Notes: a model not told the origin generated them from the sequence alone. DNA of 64,000 nucleotides from Octopus vulgaris (GCA_951406725.2 OX597832.1:51150001-51214000); one strand, 5' to 3'. Positions 39,445 through 52,894 are shown, numbered from the stretch's first letter. Program-made: numbers and translations.

Positions 39445-39751
39445 CTAGCAGTATCGCCCGGTGTTGCTCGGGTTTGTAAGGGAAATAACTATATAAGCAT
39501 TTTTAGAGAGTTACTTCCCTTATATAACCCGAGCAAAAATCATTAAAAATGCAGAAAAATGATGGTAAATTTTTTTTTAAATCGTAGACTCATCGTAGAC
39601 GTGCGCTAATACCCAGAAAGGCTCGATATGAATGACGACTATAAGATACCCGCTTTTGGTTAAACTGCACCACAAAATGTGGGAGTAGTTAGGAATTTAA
39701 ATCGGAGGAGACAGAGTCTCACACACACAACTTCAATTTTATATATAAAGA
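39445..39751 (-). mobile_element. Non-autonomous Helitron
   Basis: Minus strand begins A|TCTTTATATATAAAA and ends with hairpin CCCGAGCAACACCGGG followed by CTAG|T. Confidence 0.85.
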
Positions 39752-39805
39752 TATATAAAATAAAAAAAGAAGTAGAGCATAAATTTTTCAAAGAATTTCA
39801 GTTAC

Positions 39806-39900
39806 CTTTTTCATATCTTCATAGTAGATCAATTTCACGTTCGAATTATGGCGACTGTGCCACCAACTTTCTGTGAAATCAAACCATGATCCATGTCCAG
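39806..39900 (-). CDS. SULT1-like sulfotransferase, internal exon (95 nt)
   Basis: AAATAG|(T)GHGSWFDFTESWWHSRHNSNVKLIYYEDMKK|GTAAC, with the GSWF and YEDM motifs. Confidence 0.93.
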
Positions 39901-40040
39901 CTATTTGGTTAGTGATAAATAACAGAAGAATTAACTCATGCTTTTTCATATTGGAAGTGAAATTTAAATAGGAAAATTTATGTGTTTATGTATGTTAGTA
40001 TATACGTGTGTGTGTGTGTGTATGTATATGTGTGTGTGTC

Positions 40041-40079
<39 letters not shown>

Positions 40080-40081
<2 letters not shown>

Positions 40082-40489
40082 TCTTTTACTTGTTTCAGTC
40101 ATTTGACAGTGGCCATGCTGGAGCACCGCCTTTAGTCGAGCAAATCGACCCCAGGACTTATTCTTTAAAAGCCTAGTACTTATTCTATCGGTTTCTTTTG
40201 CCGAACCGCTAAGTTACGGGGATCCAAACACACCAGCATCAGTTGTCAAGTGATGTTGGGGGGACAAACACAGACACACAAACATATACACACACACATA
40301 CACACATATATACATATACATATATACGACGGGCTTCTTTCAGTTTCCATCTACCAAATCCACTCACAAGGCTTTGGTTGGTCCGAAGCTATAGTAGTAG
40401 ACACTTGCCCAAGGTGCCATGCAGTGAGACTGAACCCAGAACCATGTGGTTGGTAAGCAAGCTACTTACCACACAGCCACTCCTACACC
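40080..40489 (-). mobile_element. SINE family A copy
   Basis: Match to 133-549. Confidence 0.85.
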
Positions 40490-40645
40490 TATATTTAAAA
40501 TTTATTTTGTTTTGTTTTTTTCTTTGTTGAAGTAGTAATAGTAGTAGTAATAGCAGCAGCAGTAGTAGTAGTAGTAGCAGCAGCAGCAGTCATCGTCGTA
40601 GTAGTAGTAGTGGTCGTCGTTGTAGTAGTAGTAGCAACAGTGGTC

Positions 40646-40677
<32 letters not shown>

Positions 40678-40794
40678 GGTGGTGGTGGTGGTGGTGGTGG
40701 TAGTGGTAGTGGTGATGGGGTCAGTAGCAGTAAATGGTAGTAGCAGTAGTAGTTGTTGTTGTTATTAAAATGAAGAAACTATAACAAATCTTAC

Positions 40795-40924
40795 TGTGAC
40801 CAGTAATAAACATTTCGAAAAATTCATTCCAGCTGCCCTTGAAGTTACCCATGGATGAGCTCGAGCGGTAGAAATGGTAGTAAGAAACACATACATCTTT
40901 TGGGTTTCGGAACAGAATCACGAC
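40795..40924 (-). CDS. SULT1-like sulfotransferase, internal exon (130 nt)
   Basis: TTTCAG|[43 protein letters not shown]|GTAAG, containing the 3'-phosphate-binding RNPKDxxVS motif. Confidence 0.95.
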
Positions 40925-41269
40925 CTGAAACGTTAGAAATATTCGTCATTTAAAAATGAAAATTAACAAAAACATGTAGAAATCATCATTATTTTAACAT
41001 TTGCCTTTTTTTATGCTTACATGGGTTACTTACTTGTACTTTTGGCAACATTCACCCTGGGCGGGTTGAGTCGGCTTCTTCTATCACCCTCGAGGCAGAA
41101 GATGGAAGAAGTTTCGTGGGAATATGTGGATTTCACAAGCGGTCCCCAACAATCCCACATGTAGAAACATCCTGTTTGCAGCAGATTATCCGTCCGCAGA
41201 CGCAGGGACAGAACGACTGAGGAGCTGCCGGTTGCCGAAACAGACACTCTGAGGATTTTCCCCAGAGCC

Positions 41270-41585
41270 CCGTAACTGGTACTTATTTAATTGACCCCGA
41301 AAGGATGAAAGGCAAAGTCGACCTTGGAGGAATTTGAACTCAGAATGTAGCGGCAGACAAAATACCTATTTCTTTACTACCCACAAGGGGCTGAACACAG
41401 AGGGGACAAACAAGGACAGACACATGGATTAAGTCAATTATATCGATCCTAGTGCATAACTGGTACTTATTTAATCGACCCCGAAAGGATGAAAGGCAAA
41501 GTTGACCTTGGCGGAATTTGAACTCAGAACGTAGTGGCAGACAAAATACCGCTAAGCATTTCGCCCAGTGTGCTAACGTTTCTGC
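41270..41585 (-). mobile_element. Tandem (dimeric) SINE family B
   Basis: Two consecutive GACCCCGAAAGGATGAAAGGCAAAG cores. Confidence 0.8.
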
Positions 41586-41674
41586 TAGTTCAACACCTTC
41601 TTACCACACAGCCACACCTGGTTGCAAAACAAATTTCTCAACCATTTGAAAGATAGAAAATTCAGTTTTCTCAC

Positions 41675-41901
41675 CTTACAGTTTTTGTCATTGAGTTGTT
41701 TTGGAGCCAGACGTTTCTGCAGATGTGTCTTTATCACCCTGGGTGATGGAACAGCAGCTGCCAATTCCAAACCAACTTCATTTAATACAGTATCTTTGAA
41801 TTCAAGGAATGGAGAGCGGAAGTAAACTTGTTTCTCATTTGCTTCTTTCAACTGACCATCATTCATTATTAACCACAAGACTTCTTGAAGCCATGTTGTA
41901 C
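41675..41901 (-). CDS. SULT1-like sulfotransferase, internal exon (227 nt)
   Basis: CATTACAG|(G)TTWLQEVLWLIMNDGQLKEANEKQVYFRSPFLEFKDTVLNEVGLELAAAVPSPRVIKTHLQKRLAPKQLNDKNCK|GTGAG, with the GTTW end of the PSB loop and the catalytic His in IKTHL. Confidence 0.95.
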
Positions 41902-43214
41902 CTGTAATGGAAAAATATTTGCTCATGAAGGAAAACATGATCTTGAATATAATAAAGGATAATAATAATGGTTTCAAATTTTGGCACAAAGCCAGCAAGT
42001 TTTGGGGATGGGGGATAGACAATGACGTTGACCCTAATCCTCAACTGGTACTTGTTTTATCAATGCTGAAAAGATGAAAGGCAAAGTTGACCCTGGTAGA
42101 GTTTGAAATCAGAACATAAGGGCAGATGAAATGTCGCAAAACATTTTGCCTGATATGCTAAGGATTCTACCAGCTTACCGTCTTCATCGTTTAATGTTCA
42201 TTTTCCATGCTAGCATGGGTTGGACGGTTCAACTGGGGTCTGGGAAGCCAGAAGGCTGCGCCAGGCCCAGTCTGATCTGGCAGTGTTTCTACAGCTGGAT
42301 GCCCTTCCTAACGCCAACAACTCCGTGAGTGTAGTGGGTGCTTTTTATGTGCCACCTGCACAGGTGCCAGACGAGGCTGGCAAACAGCCACGATTGGATG
42401 GTGCTTTTTACGTGCCACTGGAACAGGGGCCAGACGAGGCTGGCAACAGCCACAATCGGATGGTGCATTTTTCGTGCCACCGGCATGGAGGCCAGTTGGG
42501 GCAGCGCTGGCAAATAATAATAATAATAATAATAATAATTATTATTATTATTATTAATAAGGTGGTTATGATTTAAAGGATATCTGGCAACTATTTTTCA
42601 CAGCAATCCTTCGGTATTGGTAGACGACATCCTTCACCCACATGACCTTCCCTCGTGACATAGATAAAGAGGCTAGGCTGAAACAGAGAGTGAATGATGT
42701 CCTATATTGACACGCTGTATACAAATACCGAAGGATCACCCTTTTTCCATGTCGAATGACCAAGTAAAGGCATGCTCGTTTGTGTATTGTGTTGTCTTAG
42801 AGAGAGATGAGGGGAGAGAGAGAGAGAGTGAAGAGAGAGAAGAGACAGAGGGGGAGAGAAGAGAGAGGAATGAGATTAATGTTCCTATTGAATAACAGCA
42901 TCGAGGAAAGGGCAGGGTACCACAGAAATGGTACATGGTTTACAACACAAAAGAAATCACTCTAGACTTGCTAAATTAATATTCGAAGTAGTTTACATGA
43001 TCGGAAATATAATTTCGAAGTGTTCATGATGTCATAAGTAGGACATCATCGAAGACTTTACAATTAAAAACAAAAAAATAAAGAAAACATTTCAAATATA
43101 TAGTTAGTGGAAGTATACAAAAATGATCATTATTTCCCATCTTATTGTTAGTTTTGTTTCATTTTGAGAAATAAAATTTATTTCATGGTTTATTATTGTT
43201 AATGTTTTGAATTC

Positions 43215-43428
43215 ACAAAGAAGATCGTCTTTTTGCAACAGCTCAGCTACTGGGAAAGGTTGAAACAGCTAAGACTCTACTCCCTGGAGAGAAGACGGGA
43301 GAGCTATGCAATAATATATATCTGGAAGATCCTGGAAGGAATTGTGCCAAATTTTGGCATTGAAAGCTACACTAATGCTAGAATGGGACGGCACTGCATA
43401 GTGCCAAAGATCCCAGCAATGCCATCAT
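43215..43428 (+). mobile_element. CR1-like LINE fragment
   Basis: QLSYWERLKQLRLYSLERRRESYAIIYIWKILEG. Confidence 0.8.
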
Positions 43429-43612
43429 TTCACCTAATTATCATCACCCTAATCAGGAGAGGGCTTTAAAAACATAAAAATGAAACAGTAAAACTAAACC
43501 AGAACAGTCTATTTCAGTAGCAATATCTTATTGCATTTTATGTTATAGAAATGTAGAAAATGTAGAAATAGGAAACGTTTAATTTAGTAAAGCTGAATAA
43601 GACAGAGATAGA

Positions 43613-44058
43613 GGATCTCGTCAGTTTGAACGGCAGTTTTTTCTAGCGGTGTCATATGAAATTGTCACCCATAATTATGACCCTAGTATTGATCTATTGC
43701 ATTTCAATCTGTTTTAGGGTTAGGGTTAGTTAGGGTTAGGGTTAATGTTAGGGTTAGGGGTGGAGGAAGGGTATCTTTTTTTCTTCAGAAATGTAAATAA
43801 ACCCAATCTGTTTCTTAAACGAGGGACATATTCATACGGCACAGAATGTTTTTTTACCTCAATGGATGACATTGATTGGTTGAAATTGCAGAAATTGAAG
43901 GAAAAAAAACAACAAATATCTTACAAACTATAGAATTTTCTCAATAAAGCCAAGAGAAAAAGATGTTTTATAAACACATTCTACCAGTATACAAAGTTTA
44001 AAATTTTTTAGTTACCTAGAAATTATGTTAAAAACTGCCGTTCAAACCAAAAAGATCC
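43613..44058 (+). mobile_element. Telomeric-repeat-bearing MITE, copy 1
   Basis: TIR GGATCT..GTTTGAACGGCAGTTTTT / AAAAACTGCCGTTCAAACCAAAAAGATCC with internal (TTAGGG)n. Confidence 0.9.
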
Positions 44059-45075
44059 TTTTGAGAAATAAAATTTATTTCATGGTTAATTATTGTTAAT
44101 ATTTTGAATTACATATATATCAAGGAATCCAAATCTTCTAGGTGTTTTAGAGCCACCATGAGCCTTAATCTGGCCCTGCTTAGATGTGTGAGCAATTCAA
44201 CATTAACGATACTAATTTCAACTAATTATCATCACCCTAGTCAGGAGAGGGCTTTAAAAAACATAAAAATGTAACAGTAAAACTAAACCAGAACAGTCTA
44301 TTTCAGTAGCAATATCTTATTGCATTTTATGTTATAGAAATGTAGAAAATGTAGAAATAGGAAACGTTTAATTAAATAAAGCTGAATAAGACAGAGATAG
44401 ATATTAATTTGCTTCCTGGCAAATTAATGCCTATCACCCCTTCACCTCATACAATTCTTCTTATTTCAGGTATTGAACTAATGCTAATTATTGAGAAATA
44501 TTGAGAACAAACGTAAAAGAGCAGGGAAGAAAAAGCAGGAGCGTGAGCTATAAAGAGCAAGTGAGAAGGCGTAGTAGTGGTGGTGGTGGTGGTGGGGTTA
44601 CAGATTACTTGTGGTCACATGATACGAATTGTGAGAAAGATCAAGTTTCAGTATTGTTTTCAATAAAGGAGATTTTCCACTCCATTTGGCAGTATGTATA
44701 TATGCGTGTGTTGTATTGAGCTATTTTAGAGAGATTGGTAAATTTTTATATTAACACCTGCATGATTTTCACTATGAAAAAAAAAACAAAAAAACTCTGA
44801 TTTTTTTTGCGTGGAATAAAATACCTGTTTCTTTACTACCCACAAGGGGCTAAACACAGAGAGGACAAACAAGGACAGACAAACGGATTAAGTCGATTAT
44901 ATCAACCCCAGTGTGTAACTGGTACTTATTTAATCGACCCCGAAAGGATGAAAGGCAAAGTTGACCTCGGAAGAATTTGAACTCAGAACGTAAATCAGAC
45001 GAAACACTGCTAGGCATTTCACCCGGCGTGCTAACAGTTCTGCCAGCTCGCTGCCTTGCGTGGAATGAAATACCC

Positions 45076-45981
45076 TGACCTCCTAATATACTGCAAATCC
45101 CTTATTTTGATTCGGAGGAGGGGGGGGGTGCCCTTCGCTCCCCTCCATCCCATCTTGGAATCACTGGAAAAAAATGTTTTTTTCGTTGAATGAATTCCTG
45201 TGACCTAATATGCTACAAAACTCTTTGGATCTTTTCGGTTTGAACAGCAGTTTTTTCTAGTGGTGTCATATGAAATTGTCACCCATAATTATGACTCTAA
45301 AATCGATCTATTGCATTTCAATCTGTTTCAGGGTTAGGGTTAGGGTTAGAGTTAGGGTTAGTTAGGGTTAGGGATGGGGGCAAGGTGTTCTTTTGGCTTT
45401 ATTGAGAAAATTCTATAGTTTTTAAGATATTTGTTGTTGTTTTTCTGCAATTTCTGCAATTTCAACCAATCACTGACGTCTATTGAGATAAAAAACATTC
45501 TGTGCCGTATGAATATGTCCCTCGTTTAAGAAACAGATTGGGTTTATTTACATTTGTGAAGAAAAAAAGATACCCTTCCCCTCACCCTAACCCTAAAACA
45601 GATTGAAATGCAATAGATCGATACTAGGGTCATAATTATGGGTGACAATTTCATATGACATTGCTAGAAAAAACTGCCGTTCAAACCGAAAAGATCCAAA
45701 ATCGCGCCCAAACTAATTTTTTTGTGTCGGGGTGGGGGTGGGGAGAAAGATGAATGATTTAAAATAAATATATCTTAATTGTTGTGTGAGAAAGTATGAA
45801 TATTCTGGGGATAAAATATAGTATCTTTCAAAAACACTAAATTTATAGACTAAAAAAAAACATTTTACAGAAACAAATTTTCCAGAGAGTAAATTACATG
45901 GTTCGTTATTAAATATATCCCCCTTCGCCCCCACATTTTTTCCGAACCAAAATAAGGGATTTGCAGCATATTAGAGGTCAG
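45076..45981. mobile_element. TIR element hosting a nested telomeric MITE
   Basis: CTGACCTCCTAATATACTGCAAATCCCTTATTTTGATTCGGA is mirrored by TCCGAACCAAAATAAGGGATTTGCAGCATATTAGAGGTCAG. Confidence 0.7.
45227..45697. mobile_element. Telomeric MITE, chimeric copy with two left arms
   Basis: Both ends carry the TGTCATATGAAATTGTCACCCATAATTATGAC arm in inverted orientation; no TSD. Confidence 0.85.
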
Positions 45982-46162
45982 TTCTTACATCGATTGAAGA
46001 TAAAGAAATGGGTAGAGATAAAGAGAAATTGAGATAAGGCGAAAAATAGAAAGACAATGAAATGTGTATAGAATAAAATAGATGGAAAGTTTTAGAGAGA
46101 AAGGGATAGAAAAAGACACAAAAGGTGCCATAGGAAGCGAGAGATTTTGTAAGACAGCCAAG

Positions 46163-46574
46163 GGATCTTTTCGGTTTAAACGGCAGATTTAAAAAAATAA
46201 TTTCCAAGTAACTAAACACTTTTAAACTTCATATACTGGTAGAATGTGTTTATAAAACATCTTTTTCTCTTGGCTTTATTGAGAAAATTCTATAGTTTTT
46301 AAGATATTTGTTGTATTTTTTCTTCAATTTCTGCAATTTCAACCAATCAATGACGTCTATTGAGGTGAAAACATTCTGTGCCGTATGAATATGTCCCTCG
46401 TTTAAGAAACAGATTGGGTTTATTTACATTTGTGAAGAAAAAAAGATACCCTTCCCGCCACCCCTAACCCTAAAACAGATTGAAATGCAATAGATCGATA
46501 CTAGGGTCATAATTATGGGTGACAATTTCATATGACACTGCTAGAAAAAACTGCTGTTCAAACCAAAAAGATCC
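46163..46574 (-). mobile_element. Telomeric MITE with 8-bp TSD CAGCCAAG
   Basis: TIRs plus an exact 8-bp flanking duplication. Confidence 0.92.
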
Positions 46575-46671
46575 CAGCCAAGAGAAAAAGATCCAGGAAT
46601 GAAAATGAAGAGAAAGAGAGGATGTGTGATAAGCTATAGAAGAGTTACAAATGCAAAAGGTTATAAGTATT

Positions 46672-46705
<34 letters not shown>

Positions 46706-47167
46706 AGAGAAGAACTGTGTGAGTGTGTCGGAAAAGAAACAGGTGAAGTAAATATAAAGTAACAGAAGATATTTTAAAAAGCAGGAAACTCAAATACTCC
46801 ACTTTCAGCCTTCAGACTTGAAGCAATTACTGTACGTGTAGAATTGTTCCAGATATAAGTTTATCTAGGACAGCATTTAGTTAGGAAACACATTTTAAAG
46901 ATCAAAGAACATTCTGGTAAGATCTTAAGATGAAAAAAAAAAAAAAAAGGGAAAAATCATTGGTATTGACTTCTGGTTCCGTATTGAGCAAACCTTATGT
47001 CTGAAATGTTTCTCTTTTATAGGAAGTAACAACGAAGACTTGAATGAACAAAGCCACTGAGTCTACGTCGCTCTGAGTCATCGATCTATGAGAAACATCG
47101 GCAAAATTTTCTTCTACTCTCACCATACCTTAAAAACAGAAAATAAACCTTAGATAATGTTTTGGTG

Positions 47168-47591
47168 GGATCTTTTCGGTTTGAATGGCAGTTTTTTCTA
47201 GTGGTGTCATATGAAATTGTCACCCATAATTATGACCCTAGTATCGATCTATTGCATTTCAATCTGTTTTAGGGTTACGGTTAGGGTTAGGGGTGGGGAG
47301 AAGGGTATCTTTTTTTCTTCACAAATGTAAATAAACCCAATCTGTTTCTTAAACGAGGGACATATTCATACGGCACAGAATGTTTTTTATTTCAATGGAT
47401 GTCATTGATTGGTTGAAATTGCAGAAATTGAAGAAAAACAACAACAAATATCTTACAAACTATAGAATTTTCTCAATAAAGCCAAGAGAAAAAGATGTTT
47501 TATAAACACATTCTACCAGTATACGAAGTTTAAAAGTGTTTAGTTACGTGGAAATTATTTTAAAAAACTGCTGTTCAAACCAAAAAGATCC
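47168..47591 (+). mobile_element. Telomeric MITE with 8-bp TSD TTTTGGTG
   Basis: TIRs plus an exact 8-bp flanking duplication. Confidence 0.92.
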
Positions 47592-47940
47592 TTTTGGTGT
47601 TGTGACGAAAAGCACTGATCTACGAACAAACTTCCAATCTATGAACAAATTTCTAGTTTCTCAGACATGCTTGCCTATGTAACACACAGGAATGTTTTGG
47701 AGTCGAGCGCTTAACACCTGCAGTTCCTACTCTTTACATGTATGTCGACGACTTACTCATTCTTACACTCACCTGCAATGAAGCGAACTTCATCTTCTAT
47801 ACATCCAATAATGTTGATAAACATTGATTTCACAGTTGGGTTGGATAACATGAGCGTTAGACACTTTTCATCCAAACTTAAAATAAGTGTGAACGTACTC
47901 CAACTTGTCAATTGGTTTATCTTTTGTTATTACCTTTTAT

Positions 47941-48354
47941 GGATCTTTTCGGTTTCAACGGCAGTTTTTAACATAATTTCTAGGTAACTAAAAAATTTAG
48001 AACTTTGTATACTGGTAGAATGTGTTTATAAAACATCTTTTTCTCTTGGCTTTATTGAGAAAATTCTATAGTTTGTAAAATATTTGTTGTTTTTTTTCTT
48101 CAATTTCTGCAATTTCAACCAATCAATGACATCAATTGAGAAAAAAAAAACATTCTGTGCCGTATGAATATGTCCCTCGTTTAAGAAACAGATTGGGTTT
48201 ATTTACATTTGTGAAGTAAAAAGATACCCTCCCCCCACTAACCCTAACCCTAAAATAGATTGAAATGCAATAGATCGATTCTAGGGTCATAATTATGGGT
48301 GACAATTTCATATGACACCACTAGAAAAAACTGCCGTTCAAACCGAAAAGATCC
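47941..48354 (-). mobile_element. Telomeric MITE with 8-bp TSD CCTTTTAT
   Basis: TIRs plus an exact 8-bp flanking duplication. Confidence 0.92.
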
Positions 48355-48984
48355 CCTTTTATCTGTTTCAGTCATTAGGCTGCGGCCAAGCCGGGGTACC
48401 GCCTCGAATGACTTTTAATAGAATGAATCGACCCCAGAACTTAGGTTTTTTTTTCAAGCATGTTTATTTAAAAGTGTGTCCCACCGACTTTGTTAACTCA
48501 TAACTTTCAGAAAAATGGAGTATTTTTTTATTTAAATTTTCTACAAATACCTTTCCGATGATGTATATTACTATTATATAGGAATGTAAAGTGAAATATT
48601 GAAAAAAAAAAAAAATGGTGGGCTCGCACACGTACACACTGATATATCACAATTTTTCAAAATTTCAAGTTTCATTTTGTGTGTGTGTGTGATGCATGTC
48701 TGTGTTTATGTGTGCTATCTAATTTGGCTTTTTTTTTTTAATGTTTAATTCTGACATAGTTGTAATCTACATCATTTGAAAGATAATTGTAGAAAATTTC
48801 ATCAAGAAAATGTCCATTTTTTGTAAAAGTTATGACGAAACAAAGTTGGGCAGGGAGGCATATTTGTATAGTTATGCCACGTGGTTCTTGTCATGGCTGG
48901 AATGTCTTTGATTGATTATAGTTGATCAACAATTTTCTCATTACTTCTTAATGAATTAAAATTCTCTTTTTTCTTATTTAACTA

Positions 48985-49203
48985 TGAGTGCATACTGAAA
49001 AGTTCCTGGCTTTAGGGGTGCCACGAAAGGCCTGGTTGAAGGCTCAATTTTTCCAAGTTCTTTTACAGGGCTTAGAAATACTGAAGGACAGCTGCAATAA
49101 GTGTGTGAATCTGAGAGGGAAATGTGTTGAATATAATCACAATTAACTAATCCTCCTGTATTTTCTTTTACCCTAAACCAGGAGCTTTTCAGCATCCCCT
49201 CGT
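48985..49203. mobile_element. Mariner-type MITE
   Basis: TATGAGTGCATACTGAAAAGTTCCTGG / CCAGGAGCTTTTCAGCATCCCCTCGTA form imperfect TIRs with a TACGAGGGG-type end. Confidence 0.65.
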
Positions 49204-49462
49204 ATTTTGTCAGTATCAGGAATATGAACTGGCTCTCTGCCAGTTATGACAACAAGAGTTCCAGTTGGTTCGATTAATGGAACAGCCTGCTTGTGCATTT
49301 AATGTACAAGTGGTTGAGCACTCCACAGATATGTGTATCTTTAACGTAGTTCTCAGGGAAATTCAGTGTGACACAGAATGTGACAAAGCTGATCCTTTGA
49401 AATATAGGTACCACTCATTTTTGCCAGATGAGTGGACTGGAGCAACATAAAATAAAAGCATC

Positions 49463-49831
49463 TTATTTCTTTATTGCCCACAAGGGGCTAAACATAGAGG
49501 GGACAAACAAGGACAGACAAAAGGATTAAGTTGATTACATCGACTCCAGTGCGTAACTGGTATTTAATTTATCGACCCCGAAAGGATGAAAGGCAAAGTC
49601 GACCTCGGCAGAATTTGAACTCAGAACGTAACGGCAGACAAAATACCTATTTCGTTACTGCCCACAAGGGGCTAAACACAGAGGGGACAAACAAGGAGAG
49701 GCAAACGGATTAAGTCGATTACATCGACCCCAGTGCATTACTGGTACTTAATTTATCGATCCCAAAAGAATAAAAGACAAAGTCAACCTCGGCGGAATTT
49801 GAACTCAGAACGTAACGGCAGATGAAATACC
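49463..49831 (-). mobile_element. Tandem (dimeric) SINE family B
   Basis: Two consecutive family B bodies. Confidence 0.8.
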
Positions 49832-49973
49832 ACTAATTAGCAAAAATCTCTGCCAACAATTCTCTCCTCACTGCAAATGCATAGCAGAATAAAACTTATT
49901 CTATGCCAAAGATCTGAACTCCATCGTTACGATCCACCTCCCCGAAGAAAATAGTAGAAAAAGGCATCTTTAA

Positions 49974-50194
49974 GCCTTTCGTTACCAACCCGGCTGAAAC
50001 CAGCTCAGGTTCTGTAGTACAAATGTCTTGTTTTCATAAGTTTTTCATTAAAATCTTCCACCAAACCTTAGTCACAATTTATGTTCCTAACACTTGTTGA
50101 ATGATAATTAAGTTATTTTACTAAATTCTTTGTTATATTTAAAATAATTGGAAGAAACACAGAGCATCTCAATAGAAATACAGTAACGAAAGGG
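49974..50194. mobile_element. piggyBac-like MITE (TTAA flanks)
   Basis: TTAA|GCCTTTCGTTAC...GTAACGAAAGGG|TTAA. An inverted relative lies at ~27840-28225. Confidence 0.75.
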
Positions 50195-50739
50195 TTAAAT
50201 AGCTAAGGGTAGGCACAAAAGGGACCACACTTCCCTGGTTGGGCAAGTGCTTTGATTGGATGATTTAAAGCATCCAATCAGCATAAACAGGTTTGGTCAT
50301 GTGACCGCTTGCAGAAAACAATGGTGATGAGCCAAAATGTGGGTACTTAAAGGTAAACTGTGAACATGCTTTCTACAGATCCAGTATCTGTTAGCATGGT
50401 ATACAACTGTTTTCACTGTATTCCTGTATTCTACACACAGGATGTGCCTACACTGCCAGACATGATGAAAAAGTATGCCAGAAGGGAAAATTTGATAACC
50501 TCTACTCTGGAGATATCTCTAAAAAGATAGAATAGCCACAAATGGAATGTCTTTGATCATAGGTCTGCTCAATCAATGCTGACCTGGGGCTAAACAACAC
50601 TGCTGCCACCAAGACCAGCACCAACAACAATCTTAAACCTGATTCTCAATAATGAAAGTAAGAACCATTACTGACGCGAAAATATTAGCTAAAGTAAAGG
50701 AATTAAATTGTCAGAGAAAAGTAGAAAATCAACATGAAA

Positions 50740-51154
50740 AGAACACACACACAAACACATACACACACACTCCCTCCCTCCCACTCTCTCTCACACTCAA
50801 ACACACACTCTCTCTCTCAAACACACACGCATTTTCCTCTCTCAAACACGCACACAATCTCTCTCACTCTCTCTAACACACACATACACACACACACATA
50901 CACACACACACACACTCTCTCTCTCTCTCTCTGAAACATACACACACAACACACACACATGCACGCATGCACACACACACACATACTCTCTGAAACACAC
51001 ACACAACACACACGCACGCACACACACACACACACGCACACACACACACACATACTCTCTCTCAAACACACATGCACTCTCAAACACACTCTCCCTCTAT
51101 CAAACACACACTCTCTCTCTCTCAAACATACACACACACTCTCTCTCCTTCCCA

Positions 51155-51192
<38 letters not shown>

Positions 51193-51285
51193 CACATACA
51201 ATCTTTCTCTCTCAAACACACACACACACTCTCTCTCTCTCTCTGAAACATGCGCACACACACATACATACACACAAACACAAAA
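50740..51285. repeat. Compound (CA)n/(CT)n microsatellite
   Basis: Read directly from the sequence. Confidence 0.95.
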
Positions 51286-51734
51286 ATGTCAGTCTGTTAA
51301 ATACTGTGGGTACAACCGCAGCATGCGAGAATCAGAATTAAACTTAAACTGGAGAGTAATAAAACAAAACCCCCAAAAATATAATAGTTTTTAAAATCAA
51401 ACAAAGACAATAAAAATGTAATTTTCAATGTCTGAGAAAAGCAATAAAGGTATAAATTTTCATTGCCTAACATTGCTGATATTACTTGCATAACTTCCGT
51501 TAAGAATACAATGTAAACTGCCACTCACTTCACCGTAAATTAGAGAACAGGAGAGGATTGTGCGTGCATGCACACATGTGGGAAAGATAGATTATATTTT
51601 TGTCATATGTTGTTATTGCTTTTAACAGTCTTAAAACTATGGAACAAAATAATGAAACAAGTAAGGTGTCCTGTAAAGTGTCACCTCTTGTGTGTATAAA
51701 TACTATACACTTTTATATATGTGTGTATATATAT

Positions 51735-51884
51735 AGGCGCTGTGCGGTAAGTGGCTTGCTTACCAGCCACATGGTTCCGGGTTCAGTCCCACTGCGTGGC
51801 ACCTTGGACAAATGTCTTCTACTATAGGCGACCAAAGCCTTGTGAGTGGATTTGGTAGACGGAAACTGAAAGAAGCCCATCGTA

Positions 51885-51915
<31 letters not shown>

Positions 51916-52139
51916 GCGTGTATGTGTTTGTGTGTCTGTGTTTGTCCCCCTAGCATTGCTTGACAACCGATGCTGGTGTGTTTATGTCCCCGTTACTTAG
52001 CGGTTCAGCAAAAGAGACCGATAGAATAAGTACTGGGCTTACAAAAGAATAAGTCCCAGGGTTGAGTTGCTCGATTAAAGGCGGTGCTCCTGCATGGCCG
52101 CAGTCAAATGACTGAAACAAGTAAAAGAGTAAAAGAGTA
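51735..52139 (+). mobile_element. SINE family A copy
   Basis: GGTTCCGGGTTCAGTCCCACTGCGTGGCACC...GAGTAAAAGAGTAA tail. Confidence 0.85.
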
Positions 52140-52419
52140 ATATATATATATATATATATATATTTACTACCCACAAGGGGCTAAACATAGAGGGGACAAA
52201 CAAGGACAGACAAAGGGATTGAGTTGATTACATCGACGCCAGTGTGAAACTGGTACTTTATTTATCGACCCCCAAAGGATGAAAGGCAAAGTTGACCTCG
52301 GCAGAATTTGAACTCAGAACGTAACGACAGGCGAAATACCGCTAAGCATTTTGCCTGGTGCGCTAACGTTTCTGCCATGTGTGTGTGTGTGCATAGTCAT
52401 ATAGCAACACATACAAATA

Positions 52420-52458
<39 letters not shown>

Positions 52459-52809
52459 GGAGAGAAAGAGAATGAAACCAATAGTGTTGTGATTCTATTC
52501 TATGCACGCTATCACTGCATACTGTACTCTGTATTGATTCTTGGTTTCTGTTTATCAACCAATGCACTGTTGAGATACAGACGTAGGTTCTCTTTTTATT
52601 ATTTTCTCTTCTACAAAGAAGTCTTTAGTCCAAATATTAACTGAAAGTCACTGAGATGGAATCTGCCAGTGAAACACGCATCGATTGCTGATTATTACGC
52701 TTCAGTGATCGCAACAGATATGCTGTAAGTTGGGACCTTGTAAATAACTGAATATTGCACTTTTAATACATACGTGGCAGGTATATATGCATGTGTATGT
52801 ATATATTTA

Positions 52810-52894
<85 letters not shown>

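Noticed and set aside
43022-43065. VFDDVLLMT on the minus strand as the missing SULT first exon
   Set aside because: It is followed immediately by a stop codon, with no YPKS and no donor.
43713-43760. True telomere or chromosome-fusion scar
   Set aside because: The TTAGGG tracts are short and always internal to the same MITE.
52640-52690. Hammerhead-like CTGAAAG-TCACTG...CAGT-GAAACACG
   Set aside because: The core is not CUGANGA and there is no convincing stem I or UH site; at best a decayed remnant.
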